From Bdellovibrionales bacterium (GTDB taxonomy: Bacteria > Bdellovibrionota > Bdellovibrionia > Bdellovibrionales > JAUICD01), in the NCBI GenBank assembly GCA_965203275.1, contig OZ241865.1, positions 2,016,001 to 2,080,000 on the forward strand: a stretch of 64,000 nt of DNA. The letters run 5' to 3'. The notes below the pieces were generated by a model, which was not told the DNA's origin, did not search any database, and was given only the letters and a program-made list of their open reading frames with translations. Shown in pieces: positions 40,620-50,308 of this stretch. Positions within the stretch are counted from its first letter, which is position 1. Every line of letters starts with the position of its first letter. The position numbers and the translations under genes were made by a program.

Positions 40620-41083
40620 TAGAATTTTTAGTGAAAAAGATAAGAAGGCGAATAGCCTTCGGCTGGCAACCAGAAAGTGACCAGAGGTCAGTTCACTTTG
40701 AGTGGAGCAATTAACTCCCTAACCCCACCTACCACCCTTTGATTCTGCTTCTCCATTTTGTCTGTATGAGTAGAATGCGAAGGCAGGCTTCCGAAGTCCT
40801 CAACCTTCGCTTGCTTTCAAAGGAGCAAGCGGGTCTGCGGAAGATCTACAGCCTGCCTTCGCATCTCACTCATAATATTCTTTATTTTTTGAGAGTTACG
40901 CAGAATCTAAAAAAAATAAAAAAACAAAAAAAGGAACTTTTTCCTTAACATGTGGTCAAAAAACGAAGAGATCCTCCCCTACTAAAAGTAAACGGACTTT
41001 TGAGACATTGCTCTTTTTGGACAGCGATAGCTGTCAGAGCAATGTCCAAAAGTGACCAGAGGTCACTTTACTTTTAGTGAAAC
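40620..41083. repeat. Repeat cluster: family A fragments, one uninterrupted family B long hairpin (~40741-40908), one full family A copy
   Basis: gattctgc...tatgagt...atgcgaaggcaggct pairs with agcctgccttcgcat...actcata...gcagaatc. Confidence 0.88.
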
Positions 41084-44000
41084 CTAAAGCTCGTGGTGAT
41101 TTTGGACATTGACTCCGTGATAAAAGTAGCGAAGAATATCAACATGACTCCATGGCTCTGTAACATCTTCAGGCTTTGCGGCATTTTCTGTAGGTGGTTC
41201 TTCATCATCCCATCCTACACGGGCTAGCCACATAGCACCTCTCTGAGATAAACCACGACCATGACCTCCTTCACCTCTGTAACGACCACATCTCTCTCCG
41301 CTTGGCATCTTCTTTGCTCTAAATATAGGTAGACTGCTACTTGTTCTTGTGCTATCTCTTCGGCAAGCATGATATTCTGTCATAGCTAACTGCCCTCGAT
41401 ATGTGAGGATCACACCCACTGTGGCTTCCACTGCTTCATCGCTTCTTAAAAATTCTCTGTTTCTTACTCTGCCACTTCTTACTTCTTTAGAACCTGGATA
41501 AGACTGAAACCATGTTGTAGGGTCTACATCCCATCCCATTGCTTTGACATGTCTATTCTCTTTGATCTTACTGAAAAGATATGACCTGGCTGCTATCACT
41601 TGAGCCTTTAAAGCAGCAAAGGCAGTCCTTGAAGCACTTTGATCATCTGTCAATGGCATCTCACCCGGAACAACTGAACGGAGATATTGTTCTACAGGAA
41701 CATCATTGATCAAGCTCCATTCCATCATGTCATTGCTTTTTCTTTTAGTAATAGCTATACGAAAGTGACCTCTATAATATCTATTCACTCGACGGCGACC
41801 AGTACCCCATCTCACTTGAGTATCTCCATGCTCTCGATCTGAAATAATTCTCATCTGATAAACATTGTTGCCATTCTCATATCCGATTAAGTTAGAAAGA
41901 GGATATGTTTGCCACTGGCTATCTTGATGATCATTAGATCTATAACGAAGAATATTTTCATTACAATTGAGTTGATTATGACACCTGATACTCATTTCAA
42001 TATCATGTACTTTTTGAGCTAGAACAACTTTGCTCTGCTCTGGTTGCTCAGGGTTAAATACTTCTAAGGTAAATCCGTCATTTCTGTTTTTCAAAGACAG
42101 ATGTGCCATATCTTCGTCTCTTGTAAATGGGTAGGGGTCTAAGCGTGGTTTAGCAATAGGGAAAAGCTTAACATGTGTGATAGCATAAGCATTGACATGA
42201 GGAGCTTCTAAAGCTGCTCTGACTTGAGTTAAACGGACTCTATCAGCAGCCCATTGACTCCTTGGATCAGACTGGGTGCTTGTTCGTTGCCCTTGATTTG
42301 GCTGCTCTGCTCTTGCCCTTCGCTCTCTTGCTTCTCGTTCTCTTCTTTCTTCTCGTTCCCTTCTTTCTCTCGCCCTTGCTTGTGCATTGTATTCTCTTTG
42401 CTCCTCTCGAACTGCTTGGAGTGTAGTTATCTCATCTTCTGTTAATATGGATGCAGGGTATGTAAAATACGAATTAACAGTATACCCAGATTTTTTTTTT
42501 GTTACTCGAAGAATGCATGCCTCTACCCATGTACCTAAGCTTTTAAAACCACAGCTACTGATCTCAAGCACAAAAATTTCATGTTCTTGTTTTTCAAAAG
42601 TATTAGTAATGCTGAAATTATTGTCTCTTTGTTCAGGAGTCATAGAAACCCATTGTTGGACAAGTTGCGAAATATTATCCTCTATCCTTTGCTTTTCACT
42701 TCCTCCTGTTGCTTGAAGTGCAGTTATTTCATCTTCAGTTAATACAGACAAAGGAAGCCTAACAGAAGTCGAAGAACAACTCACATTATTACAATTATAT
42801 CTCGTTTGAATCGATACCAATTGTCCTTCTCTACAACGGGAAGACGTATTAATAACCAAAGCTTCACGTCTTTCATAGTTATCAACGATTTTGATATTAT
42901 CTTCTCTTTGTTCAGGAGTCATAGAAGTCCAGCGTTGGACATGTGCCTCAATATTATGCTCTCTTCTCTGTCTTGCTATTCTTTCTTCTCTTTGTGCATT
43001 GTATTCCCTTTGCTCCTCTTGAGCTAATTGAAGTGCAGTTTTTTCATCTTCAGTTAATACAGACCAAGGAAGCCTAACAGAAGGGAAAGAATAAATCTCA
43101 TTACGATTACCTCTAATATGGTTTTTTTGCTTTACATCAAGGCATTGTTGTCCATTTCTACAGTTAGAAACTATATTAAGAAAAAAACCTTCACATTTTA
43201 TTTCAGAGTTATTAACATTTCTGATAAAATTTTCTCTTACCATAGGAGACAGAGATATCCAGTGTTGGACAAGTTTCGAAATGTTATTCTCTATCCTTCG
43301 TCGATCTCTACTTGTTGTTGCATCTCTTTCTCTCTGTTCTGCCCTTTCTCTTCTTTCTGTTGCATCTCTTTCTCTTCTCTGTTCTGCCCTTTCTCTTTGC
43401 TCTGCTGCTTCCCTTGCTTCTCTTTGTGCATTGTATTCTCTTTGCTCTTGTTCAATAGTTTGAAGTGCATTTCTTTCATCTTCAGTTAATACATCCAAAA
43501 GGAATGTAGTATTTGAATCAGAACTACTCTCTTGCCCTCTTCTCTTTACTCGAAGGCATTGACCTCCCCAACAGTTATAGATACTAAGAACAAAAGCTTC
43601 ACGTCTTTCAGAAGTATTAAGAGTTATGATATTATTGTATCTTTGTTCAGGAGTCATAGAAATCCAACGTTGGACAAGTTGCTCGATGTTATTCTCTCTC
43701 CTTCGCCTTTCTCTTCTTTCTGCTGTTGCTCTCTCTCTTTGCTCTGCTCTTGCCCTTCGCTCTCTTGCTTCTCTTTGTGCATTGTATTCTTCTTGAACGG
43801 CTTGAAGTGCAGTTAATTCATCTTCAGTTAATACAGACAAAGGATAAATAACAGTCCGTTGATCACCGTTTCTAAAAGATTTTATTTGAAGGCATTGTCT
43901 GCTTGCAGGAAATTCTCTTCTACATCGACGTGAGCTAGTAAGGCTAAGAGAAAAATTCGTCAAATCACTTGACCTTCTGTCTTCAGGAGTCATAGAAGTC

Positions 44001-45334
44001 CAGCTTTGGATAAGTTGTTCAATGTTATGTTTTCTTTTTGCCTTCTTTCTTTGTTCAGCAGCAATTAATAACTCTATAATCTCTTGATGTTGTGGCTTTC
44101 TCGTTTCTGGATTTCTTGCTCTCCTTCTTGTGTGATAGAGAGCAGTACTTCCTCTTAGTTTTTGTATACTTACATTAGTTCCACGATCTAGTAATAACTT
44201 AACTACTTCTAAAAATCCTTTCTCAGCAGCACAGTGCAAAGCTATTTCTCCAGTCCAACCCCCGGTGTTATCGACAGCATTAACCCTAGCTCCAGCATCA
44301 ATCAATACTTTAGCCACTTCTAATGCTAGCATCTCATCTTCTATCAAATGTATTGCAAAATGTAAAATTCTCTTTCTTTGGCGGTTTATTTTGTATAAAT
44401 TTACATCGGCTCCCAATGTGATTAATGCTTGTATGGCCTTTACAAGTTCTTGTTGAGTATAATCATCCTCAAGAGTTCTCAATATCACTGCATATAATGC
44501 AGACGGTACCATTCTTCGCTCCCCACTTGTATCACGAAATTTAAACGCAACATTGACATTGGTTACATCTACACCATCAGGATGCGAAGCTTGGAAATAA
44601 AAAGGAATCCTGAAAGGCTTTAACGCTTGAGCAATTTCTTCTTTTAAGGTATCATCTTCAGATTCTATTTTTTGTATAGCCGTGCGTAGATCATCTGGCA
44701 TTTCATCTAAATCATACATTGTATCTTCAATCAACACTTCGTTATCGTTATTTGAAAATAAATCTATAACTCTGCTGAATATACCTTTGTCTTTTCTCAT
44801 GAGTTCCCGATTTCTAAAACTTCTTGATTCCCACTTTTCTATTTCCGCTTTTAATTCTTGATATTCCTCTTTTAACTTTTGATCTTCTAAGTCATTGACG
44901 TAGTCTTTTACAGCTTGTGTTGCACTAAACCCTTTATCTACAAGATAGTTCCAAGATGACGAAAACCATCCACTTTTTTCAGGTTGACTACTAGATAACT
45001 CAATAGTTTCAATAGCTTGTGAGGTTAAAGAATTTGGAGGGGGGGGGGGGGGGGGGGGGGTAGACGAGTCTTGGCTTTCAGCCTCTTGAGCTTCCTGAGC
45101 CTCCTGAGCAGCCTCTTGCATTCTCTTTTGTATTTCTTCAAGTTCTCTGCGTAATATTTCCCGATTTTCTTCTGGGTTAGCAAGTCGCCTTTGGGCTTCA
45201 GGGTCTAAAGCTCCATGTTCTTGCATAGGAGCTTCTCCGCAAGCAATAAAGGAACAACCGATCACAAATAAACAGATAGAGCATGTAAACAATCTACAGA
45301 TAGTTAGATCGTTGAGCTGTTGAATAAACTTCAT
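41084..45334 (-). CDS. Large lipoprotein: ankyrin repeats, five internal repeat domains, C-terminal SpoIID/LytB lytic-transglycosylase domain
   Basis: Lipobox FIAC; ALHCAAEKGFLEVVKLLLDRG; INDVPVEQYLRSVVPGEMP, ALKAQVIAARSY, QSYPG, GHGRGLSQRGA and DILRYFYHG. Confidence 0.85.
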   Translation of the reverse strand: MKFIQQLNDLTICRLFTCSICLFVIGCSFIACGEAPMQEHGALDPEAQRRLANPEENREILRRELEEIQKRMQEAAQEAQEAQEAESQDSSTPPPPPPPPNSLTSQAIETIELSSSQPEKSGWFSSSWNYLVDKGFSATQAVKDYVNDLEDQKLKEEYQELKAEIEKWESRSFRNRELMRKDKGIFSRVIDLFSNNDNEVLIEDTMYDLDEMPDDLRTAIQKIESEDDTLKEEIAQALKPFRIPFYFQASHPDGVDVTNVNVAFKFRDTSGERRMVPSALYAVILRTLEDDYTQQELVKAIQALITLGADVNLYKINRQRKRILHFAIHLIEDEMLALEVAKVLIDAGARVNAVDNTGGWTGEIALHCAAEKGFLEVVKLLLDRGTNVSIQKLRGSTALYHTRRRARNPETRKPQHQEIIELLIAAEQRKKAKRKHNIEQLIQSWTSMTPEDRRSSDLTNFSLSLTSSRRCRREFPASRQCLQIKSFRNGDQRTVIYPLSVLTEDELTALQAVQEEYNAQREARERRARAEQRERATAERRERRRRENNIEQLVQRWISMTPEQRYNNIITLNTSERREAFVLSIYNCWGGQCLRVKRRGQESSSDSNTTFLLDVLTEDERNALQTIEQEQREYNAQREAREAAEQRERAEQRRERDATERRERAEQRERDATTSRDRRRIENNISKLVQHWISLSPMVRENFIRNVNNSEIKCEGFFLNIVSNCRNGQQCLDVKQKNHIRGNRNEIYSFPSVRLPWSVLTEDEKTALQLAQEEQREYNAQREERIARQRREHNIEAHVQRWTSMTPEQREDNIKIVDNYERREALVINTSSRCREGQLVSIQTRYNCNNVSCSSTSVRLPLSVLTEDEITALQATGGSEKQRIEDNISQLVQQWVSMTPEQRDNNFSITNTFEKQEHEIFVLEISSCGFKSLGTWVEACILRVTKKKSGYTVNSYFTYPASILTEDEITTLQAVREEQREYNAQARARERREREERREREARERRARAEQPNQGQRTSTQSDPRSQWAADRVRLTQVRAALEAPHVNAYAITHVKLFPIAKPRLDPYPFTRDEDMAHLSLKNRNDGFTLEVFNPEQPEQSKVVLAQKVHDIEMSIRCHNQLNCNENILRYRSNDHQDSQWQTYPLSNLIGYENGNNVYQMRIISDREHGDTQVRWGTGRRRVNRYYRGHFRIAITKRKSNDMMEWSLINDVPVEQYLRSVVPGEMPLTDDQSASRTAFAALKAQVIAARSYLFSKIKENRHVKAMGWDVDPTTWFQSYPGSKEVRSGRVRNREFLRSDEAVEATVGVILTYRGQLAMTEYHACRRDSTRTSSSLPIFRAKKMPSGERCGRYRGEGGHGRGLSQRGAMWLARVGWDDEEPPTENAAKPEDVTEPWSHVDILRYFYHGVNVQNHHEL
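45039..45060. repeat. G22 homopolymer encoding poly-Pro
   Basis: 22 consecutive G on the + strand. Confidence 0.9.
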
Positions 45335-45394
45335 TATTAAAACCCCTTTCTTAAATGAAAAATGCGTATATTTTTTATGCCTTAATTAAAATAC

Positions 45395-45411
45395 ATCAAA
45401 AACTATGCCAA
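45395..45411 (-). promoter_or_regulatory. Possible sigma54 (-24/-12) promoter for the 1416-aa lipoprotein
   Basis: Minus strand TTGGCATAGTTTTTGAT, versus consensus TGGCAC-N5-TTGC. Confidence 0.45.
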
Positions 45412-45583
45412 ATCTTACAGCAGTCCATCTGTGTATTTATTAAGTATTTAAAGTATGAAAATCATCTTTTGTAACATAATGAGACATGCAGAGTGATAAT
45501 GAATTAGACAATAGTTATTTTATTAGACAGATACTGATCCCGTTATTTTCTTGTTAAGGAACACAAATAGAGGTTTGCTTAAA

Positions 45584-46357
45584 TCACTTTGACAAAAAGA
45601 TAAGCTTTTTTATCTTTCGGACAGATGCTTGCAGACCCACATTGAGGGCCTCGCATACTATAAAATGACCAATATTCAGTTCCTGTAAATAAGACAAATG
45701 GCATATCAATGGTGTGGTGCGATCATCTAAACCATGACCTGCATGAACTCTCAATTGGAGCTGATGAGCTAGGCAAGCAGCAACTTCTAAAGCTTTCCAT
45801 TCTTTTTTAGCTTTACTTCCTTTTGAAATCACAAATGAACCTGTGTGTAGTTCTATAGCATCCGCCCCACAAACAGCAGATGCTTCGACTTGTTCTAAAT
45901 CAGGGTCTATAAATAAAGAAACTAAAATATTTTTGCCTTTCAATTGATGGATATATTTTTTTAGCTTGTTTTGCATAGCCAACACGTTGAGACCTCCCTC
46001 GGTTGTGAGTTCCTTGCGTTTTTCAGGGACAAGGCAAACACAGTGAGGCTTTTTTTTTAAGGCTATAGCGATCATTTCTGAAGTAGGTGCTATTTCTAAG
46101 TTTAAAAGCACGTTATGTTTTTTGCAGGCTTTTAAAATGACAGCTACGTCTTTATCTTGAATATGCCTACGATCTTCACGTAAGTGTATAGTGATTTGAT
46201 CGGCTCCCCCTTTCACAGCCACTTTCATTTGTTCTACTAAATTAGGATAGGGTGTAGTCCCACCTCTTACCTGTCTCAAGGTAGCTACATGGTCTAGGTT
46301 GACACCTAGTTTAATTTTGTGCTTTTTCATTTGCGATCCTTTATTTTTCATGTTCAT
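45584..46357 (-). CDS. pdxJ: Pyridoxine 5'-phosphate synthase
   Basis: LGVNLDHVATLRQ, ITIHLREDRRHI, ELTTEGGL, IELHTG, HAGHGL and ELNIGH. Confidence 0.97.
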   Translation of the reverse strand: MNMKNKGSQMKKHKIKLGVNLDHVATLRQVRGGTTPYPNLVEQMKVAVKGGADQITIHLREDRRHIQDKDVAVILKACKKHNVLLNLEIAPTSEMIAIALKKKPHCVCLVPEKRKELTTEGGLNVLAMQNKLKKYIHQLKGKNILVSLFIDPDLEQVEASAVCGADAIELHTGSFVISKGSKAKKEWKALEVAACLAHQLQLRVHAGHGLDDRTTPLICHLSYLQELNIGHFIVCEALNVGLQASVRKIKKLIFLSK

Positions 46358-47742
46358 GCCAGTTCTTTTTTAAGTAAAGTTGTGATTTTTTGTGCATACC
46401 CTTTAAGTTGTGTTTGAGATTCTCCCTGTAAAGATATTCTCAAAATAGGTTCTGTGCCTGAAAACCTGATAAATATCTTTCCCTGTGGTTTTATTTGGTT
46501 TTTTATAGATGCTATTAATTCAGGGTATCCTGTCACTGTTTCTAAATCTATTTTTTGAGGAAACCGTAAGTTATGTAGGATGTGGGGTTTATCTTGAAAG
46601 CATTTGAGATCAGCAAGTTTTTTGTTTTTTATTTTCATTATTTTCAGTATATTTAAAGCTGCAATAAGTCCATCTCCTGTTGTAGCAGTCTTTGAAAGGA
46701 TAATATGGCCAGAAGGTTCTCCTCCTAAGTAACAACCTGACTTACGCATTTGCTCTACCACGTAACGATCTCCTACATCTGTTTTAATGACTTGAATGTT
46801 ATTTTTTTCAAAAAACTCCTCTAAACCCTTATTGCTCATTTCTGTGAGGACGACTGTATTGTGAGCTAAAGTATTTGTTTCTTTTGCATAAAGTGCAGAT
46901 ATAGCTAAAATGTGATCCCCATTCAACACTTGACCTAAGTGATCTGCTAGAACAACACGATCACCATCTCCATCTAAACTGATGCCCAAATCAGCTCGAT
47001 ATTGCCTTACTGCATGAGCTATTTTTTCTGGATAACAAGCTCCACACTTATCGTTGATATTAAAGCCATCAGGTTGATTATGCAACACAATGACTTCTGC
47101 TCCTAATTCTTCTAAAATTTGAGGGGCTACCTTGTAACAAGCACCATTTGCACAATCAAGGACGATACGCATACCATCTAATGTTTTATTATAAGGGAAA
47201 TGACTTTTAACATGGACAATATATCGGCCTGTTGCATCATCTATTCTTTTGCTACGGCCAATTTTTTCTGAAGATACAAGCATATCTTGAGGAGATGTTT
47301 TTTCAAGCATTTCTTCTATTTGTTGCTCCCATTGTCTAGAAATTTTAAAACCGCTCTCGTCAAATATTTTGATGCCATTGTCATAGTGGGGATTATGAGA
47401 TGCAGATATCACAATGCCAGCTTGAGCTCTCATGTTTTTAGCTAAAAAACCAATACCAGGTGTGGGCAAAGGACCTACTAATAACACATTAACCCCTACA
47501 GAGTTAAGGCCACTTGCAAGGGCCATTTCAATCATATAACCAGAAAGTCTTGTGTCTTTGCCAATGAGAACATGTTGTTTTTTTTTGTAATGAGAGTTTT
47601 TATGGTTGTTGTGATTGTGATGAGACTCTTGTTGCCGATTGAGAATTTGACCAAGAGCTTGTCCTACACATATAAGAGTGTTAGGAAGGATAGGGCATTG
47701 ATTGGACTTTCCTCGAATACCATCTGTACCAAAAAGCTTCAT
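46354..47742 (-). CDS. glmM: Phosphoglucosamine mutase
   Basis: LFGTDGIRG, GKDTRLSGYM, ISASHNP, DGDGDR and RFSGTEP. Confidence 0.96.
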   Translation of the reverse strand: MKLFGTDGIRGKSNQCPILPNTLICVGQALGQILNRQQESHHNHNNHKNSHYKKKQHVLIGKDTRLSGYMIEMALASGLNSVGVNVLLVGPLPTPGIGFLAKNMRAQAGIVISASHNPHYDNGIKIFDESGFKISRQWEQQIEEMLEKTSPQDMLVSSEKIGRSKRIDDATGRYIVHVKSHFPYNKTLDGMRIVLDCANGACYKVAPQILEELGAEVIVLHNQPDGFNINDKCGACYPEKIAHAVRQYRADLGISLDGDGDRVVLADHLGQVLNGDHILAISALYAKETNTLAHNTVVLTEMSNKGLEEFFEKNNIQVIKTDVGDRYVVEQMRKSGCYLGGEPSGHIILSKTATTGDGLIAALNILKIMKIKNKKLADLKCFQDKPHILHNLRFPQKIDLETVTGYPELIASIKNQIKPQGKIFIRFSGTEPILRISLQGESQTQLKGYAQKITTLLKKELA

Positions 47743-47842
47743 TTGAAATACCTCTTGCTTTCTCTATTTCATTCATGAGTTCATTTTTTTCATTCAGTTT
47801 ATCTAAATTTTCTAAAAATATTTCTTCTCAAATGCTTAATGC

Positions 47843-48457
47843 TTACATTTGCACTCTATTTTCTAATGCACGCCCTAATGTTCTATTGTCAATGTAATCT
47901 ATGTCTGTACCTAAAGGAACTCCAGAAGCTAACCTTGTCATCTTAATATTATAAGATTGCAACATTTGAGAAATATAAAGAGCTGTTGTATCCCCTTCTA
48001 AATCGGCATCTAAAGCCAATATAATCTCTTTGAAAAAGTTTTTCTCTGCTTGGGCTACTTTCCCCACTAGGGCATCAATGGTAAGGTCATTGGCTCCTAT
48101 GCCTTCTAAAGGTGAAAGGCACCCTTGTAAAACATGATATTTCCCATGAAAGACACCAGAGGCTTCTACTCTAAAAATATCAGAAGCATCTTCTACAACA
48201 CACAAGGTGTGAGATAAACGAGCAGGATCTTTACAGATAGAACAAAGAGAAGTTTCTTCTGTGTAAGCAAAACACTCTAAACAGGTTTGTATTTTGTCTT
48301 GAACCAATTTAAGAGCTTCTGTGAGTTCGCTGTTGAAGGTCTTAGATTTTAAAACAAAATAAGCTAGCCTCTGTGCCGTTTTTTCTCCTATGCCTGGAAA
48401 TTTACACAATTGTCCTACAAGCTGTTCAAGGGAAGGGGTTGAGGACATCATAAACAT
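47843..48457 (-). CDS. recR: Recombination mediator RecR
   Basis: PGIGEKTAQRLA; C4 zinc finger; YHVLQG; EGDTTA. Confidence 0.97.
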   Translation of the reverse strand: MFMMSSTPSLEQLVGQLCKFPGIGEKTAQRLAYFVLKSKTFNSELTEALKLVQDKIQTCLECFAYTEETSLCSICKDPARLSHTLCVVEDASDIFRVEASGVFHGKYHVLQGCLSPLEGIGANDLTIDALVGKVAQAEKNFFKEIILALDADLEGDTTALYISQMLQSYNIKMTRLASGVPLGTDIDYIDNRTLGRALENRVQM

Positions 48458-48466
48458 ACTCCTTTA

Positions 48467-50290
48467 TTATGTTTTTTGTTGAGTGCTAATCTCTACAACA
48501 CTTTGAACTTCTGCACCTAAAGTGCTTTTAAGTTTTTGTGTTATAGGTAGCTTTTCTGCTTTCTCTAAAAGCTCTTTTTGTTTATTAGCTGACTTTACAA
48601 CGAAACTCTGATAAGAAGCATTTTTTTGAGCTACCTTAAAATCAAATTTTACATTTTTTTTCCAAAAAATCAAAGCATGTTCTTGGATCTTTTTAAGGGT
48701 TTGATTAGAATTTAATTGTGATAAAAGAAATTCTCTATCAGGAGGAATAAATAAAGAAATATGATGATTTTGTCCTCCCTCAACTTTGTTCAAAGAAACA
48801 TGCTCTAATTGAGCTCCTAACAAAGGAGATTTTTGTTTGATATATAAAATAAAATTTTTAAGATGCTTTGAAGTAATAGCTACTCCTTCTAATGGTTGAG
48901 TAGAGGGTATGTTTTCTTCTTTTACAGTTTGTTTATCTTTGATATGATCTGCTTTTTGAGGGCGTGGAGGTAAAGGAGATAAATTTGTTTCCTTTAATAC
49001 TTGATGGGCTTGATGCGTTTGATGGGTTTGATGGGTTTGAACAGAAGGTTGAGGGAGGGGTTGAATATGAAGCATTTGTGGAGAAGGTCCTTTTTGAATA
49101 TTTGCGTTCTCACTGGATTGTTTTATTTGTGGAGTGTTCAAAGTTTTAGTTAATGATTTTTTATCTTTTTGAGATAAAGTTAGATCTGATGTGTCTTTTA
49201 AGGTATGAACCATACGCAACAAAAGCATTTCTAAAACAATTTTACCATCTCGTGCTTTTATAATATCTAAACTAGATGTTAAAGCCATATCAAAAAGTAA
49301 ATGTATATTAGATTTTGTAGCTTTTTTAGCTAGTTGCTGTAATGTGTCTCTCTCTACATCTGGTATATCAACAAGCGAGGATATATCCTTTGCAGAACAT
49401 TCTTTGATAAAAAGTAAATGTTTGAGAGACTCCATTAAGTCATTAATAAATGTCTTGAGATCATAACTAGCATTGTAAAGCCGTGAGATAATATTTAAAA
49501 TTTCTAAAGAGTTTTGTTCTAAAATAGCTTCTAAGGTTTCTAAAATTAATTTGCGATCAGCTAAAGAGAGTATTTCTATAACTTTTTCAGAAGTGATTGT
49601 TTGATCTCTTCCAACAAATGTAGCGATTTGATCAAGTAAGCTTTGGGCGTCTCTCATAGAACCTTCTCCTTGACGAGCTATTAGCCATAAAGCGTCAGAT
49701 TTGTAATTTATTTTTTCTTCATGGCAAATTTTTTCAAGATGTTTGGATATTATAGTTGTTGGAATAGGTCGAAAATAAAATTTTTGGCAACGAGATAAAA
49801 TAGTATGAGGGATTTTTTGTACTTCTGTAGTGGCAAAAATAAACTTCTGATGTGAAGGAGGCTCCTCTAAAGTTTTTAAAAGGGCGTTGAAGGCACTACT
49901 AGAAAGCATGTGAACTTCATCAATAATGCAAATTTTATATTGACCTTGAAATGGCATATAATGCACTTTGTCAATAATCTCTCTCATAGCATCAACTCCG
50001 TTATGGCTTGCCCCATCAATTTCCATAACATCAATGTGTGAACCTTTAGTAATTTCTTTGCAGACAGAACATTTATTGCAAGGATGGGGAGTTTGAGAAC
50101 ATTTGAGACTCTTTGCTAAGATACGAGCAGCAGAGGTTTTCCCTACACCTCGACAACCAGTAAACAAAATAGCATGAGGTACTTGTTTATTTTCCAAAGC
50201 ATTGAGCAAAGTTTGTGTGATGTGTTCCTGTCCAATAATTTGTTGGAACACTTGAGGTCGCCATTTGAGAGCAATAACTTGATAAGACAC
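48467..50290 (-). CDS. dnaX: DNA polymerase III gamma/tau
   Basis: YQVIALKWRPQ, GCRGVGKT, EIDGAS, IIDEVHML, LLKTLEEPP and TILSRC; GTG start with AAAGGAG SD. Confidence 0.97.
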   Translation of the reverse strand: MSYQVIALKWRPQVFQQIIGQEHITQTLLNALENKQVPHAILFTGCRGVGKTSAARILAKSLKCSQTPHPCNKCSVCKEITKGSHIDVMEIDGASHNGVDAMREIIDKVHYMPFQGQYKICIIDEVHMLSSSAFNALLKTLEEPPSHQKFIFATTEVQKIPHTILSRCQKFYFRPIPTTIISKHLEKICHEEKINYKSDALWLIARQGEGSMRDAQSLLDQIATFVGRDQTITSEKVIEILSLADRKLILETLEAILEQNSLEILNIISRLYNASYDLKTFINDLMESLKHLLFIKECSAKDISSLVDIPDVERDTLQQLAKKATKSNIHLLFDMALTSSLDIIKARDGKIVLEMLLLRMVHTLKDTSDLTLSQKDKKSLTKTLNTPQIKQSSENANIQKGPSPQMLHIQPLPQPSVQTHQTHQTHQAHQVLKETNLSPLPPRPQKADHIKDKQTVKEENIPSTQPLEGVAITSKHLKNFILYIKQKSPLLGAQLEHVSLNKVEGGQNHHISLFIPPDREFLLSQLNSNQTLKKIQEHALIFWKKNVKFDFKVAQKNASYQSFVVKSANKQKELLEKAEKLPITQKLKSTLGAEVQSVVEISTQQKT

Positions 50291-50308
50291 AAAAACTCCT
50301 TTCAGTTT

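Noticed and set aside
48467..50290. Programmed -1 frameshift in dnaX
   Set aside because: No A-AAA-AAG site with a downstream hairpin noticed in the linker region.
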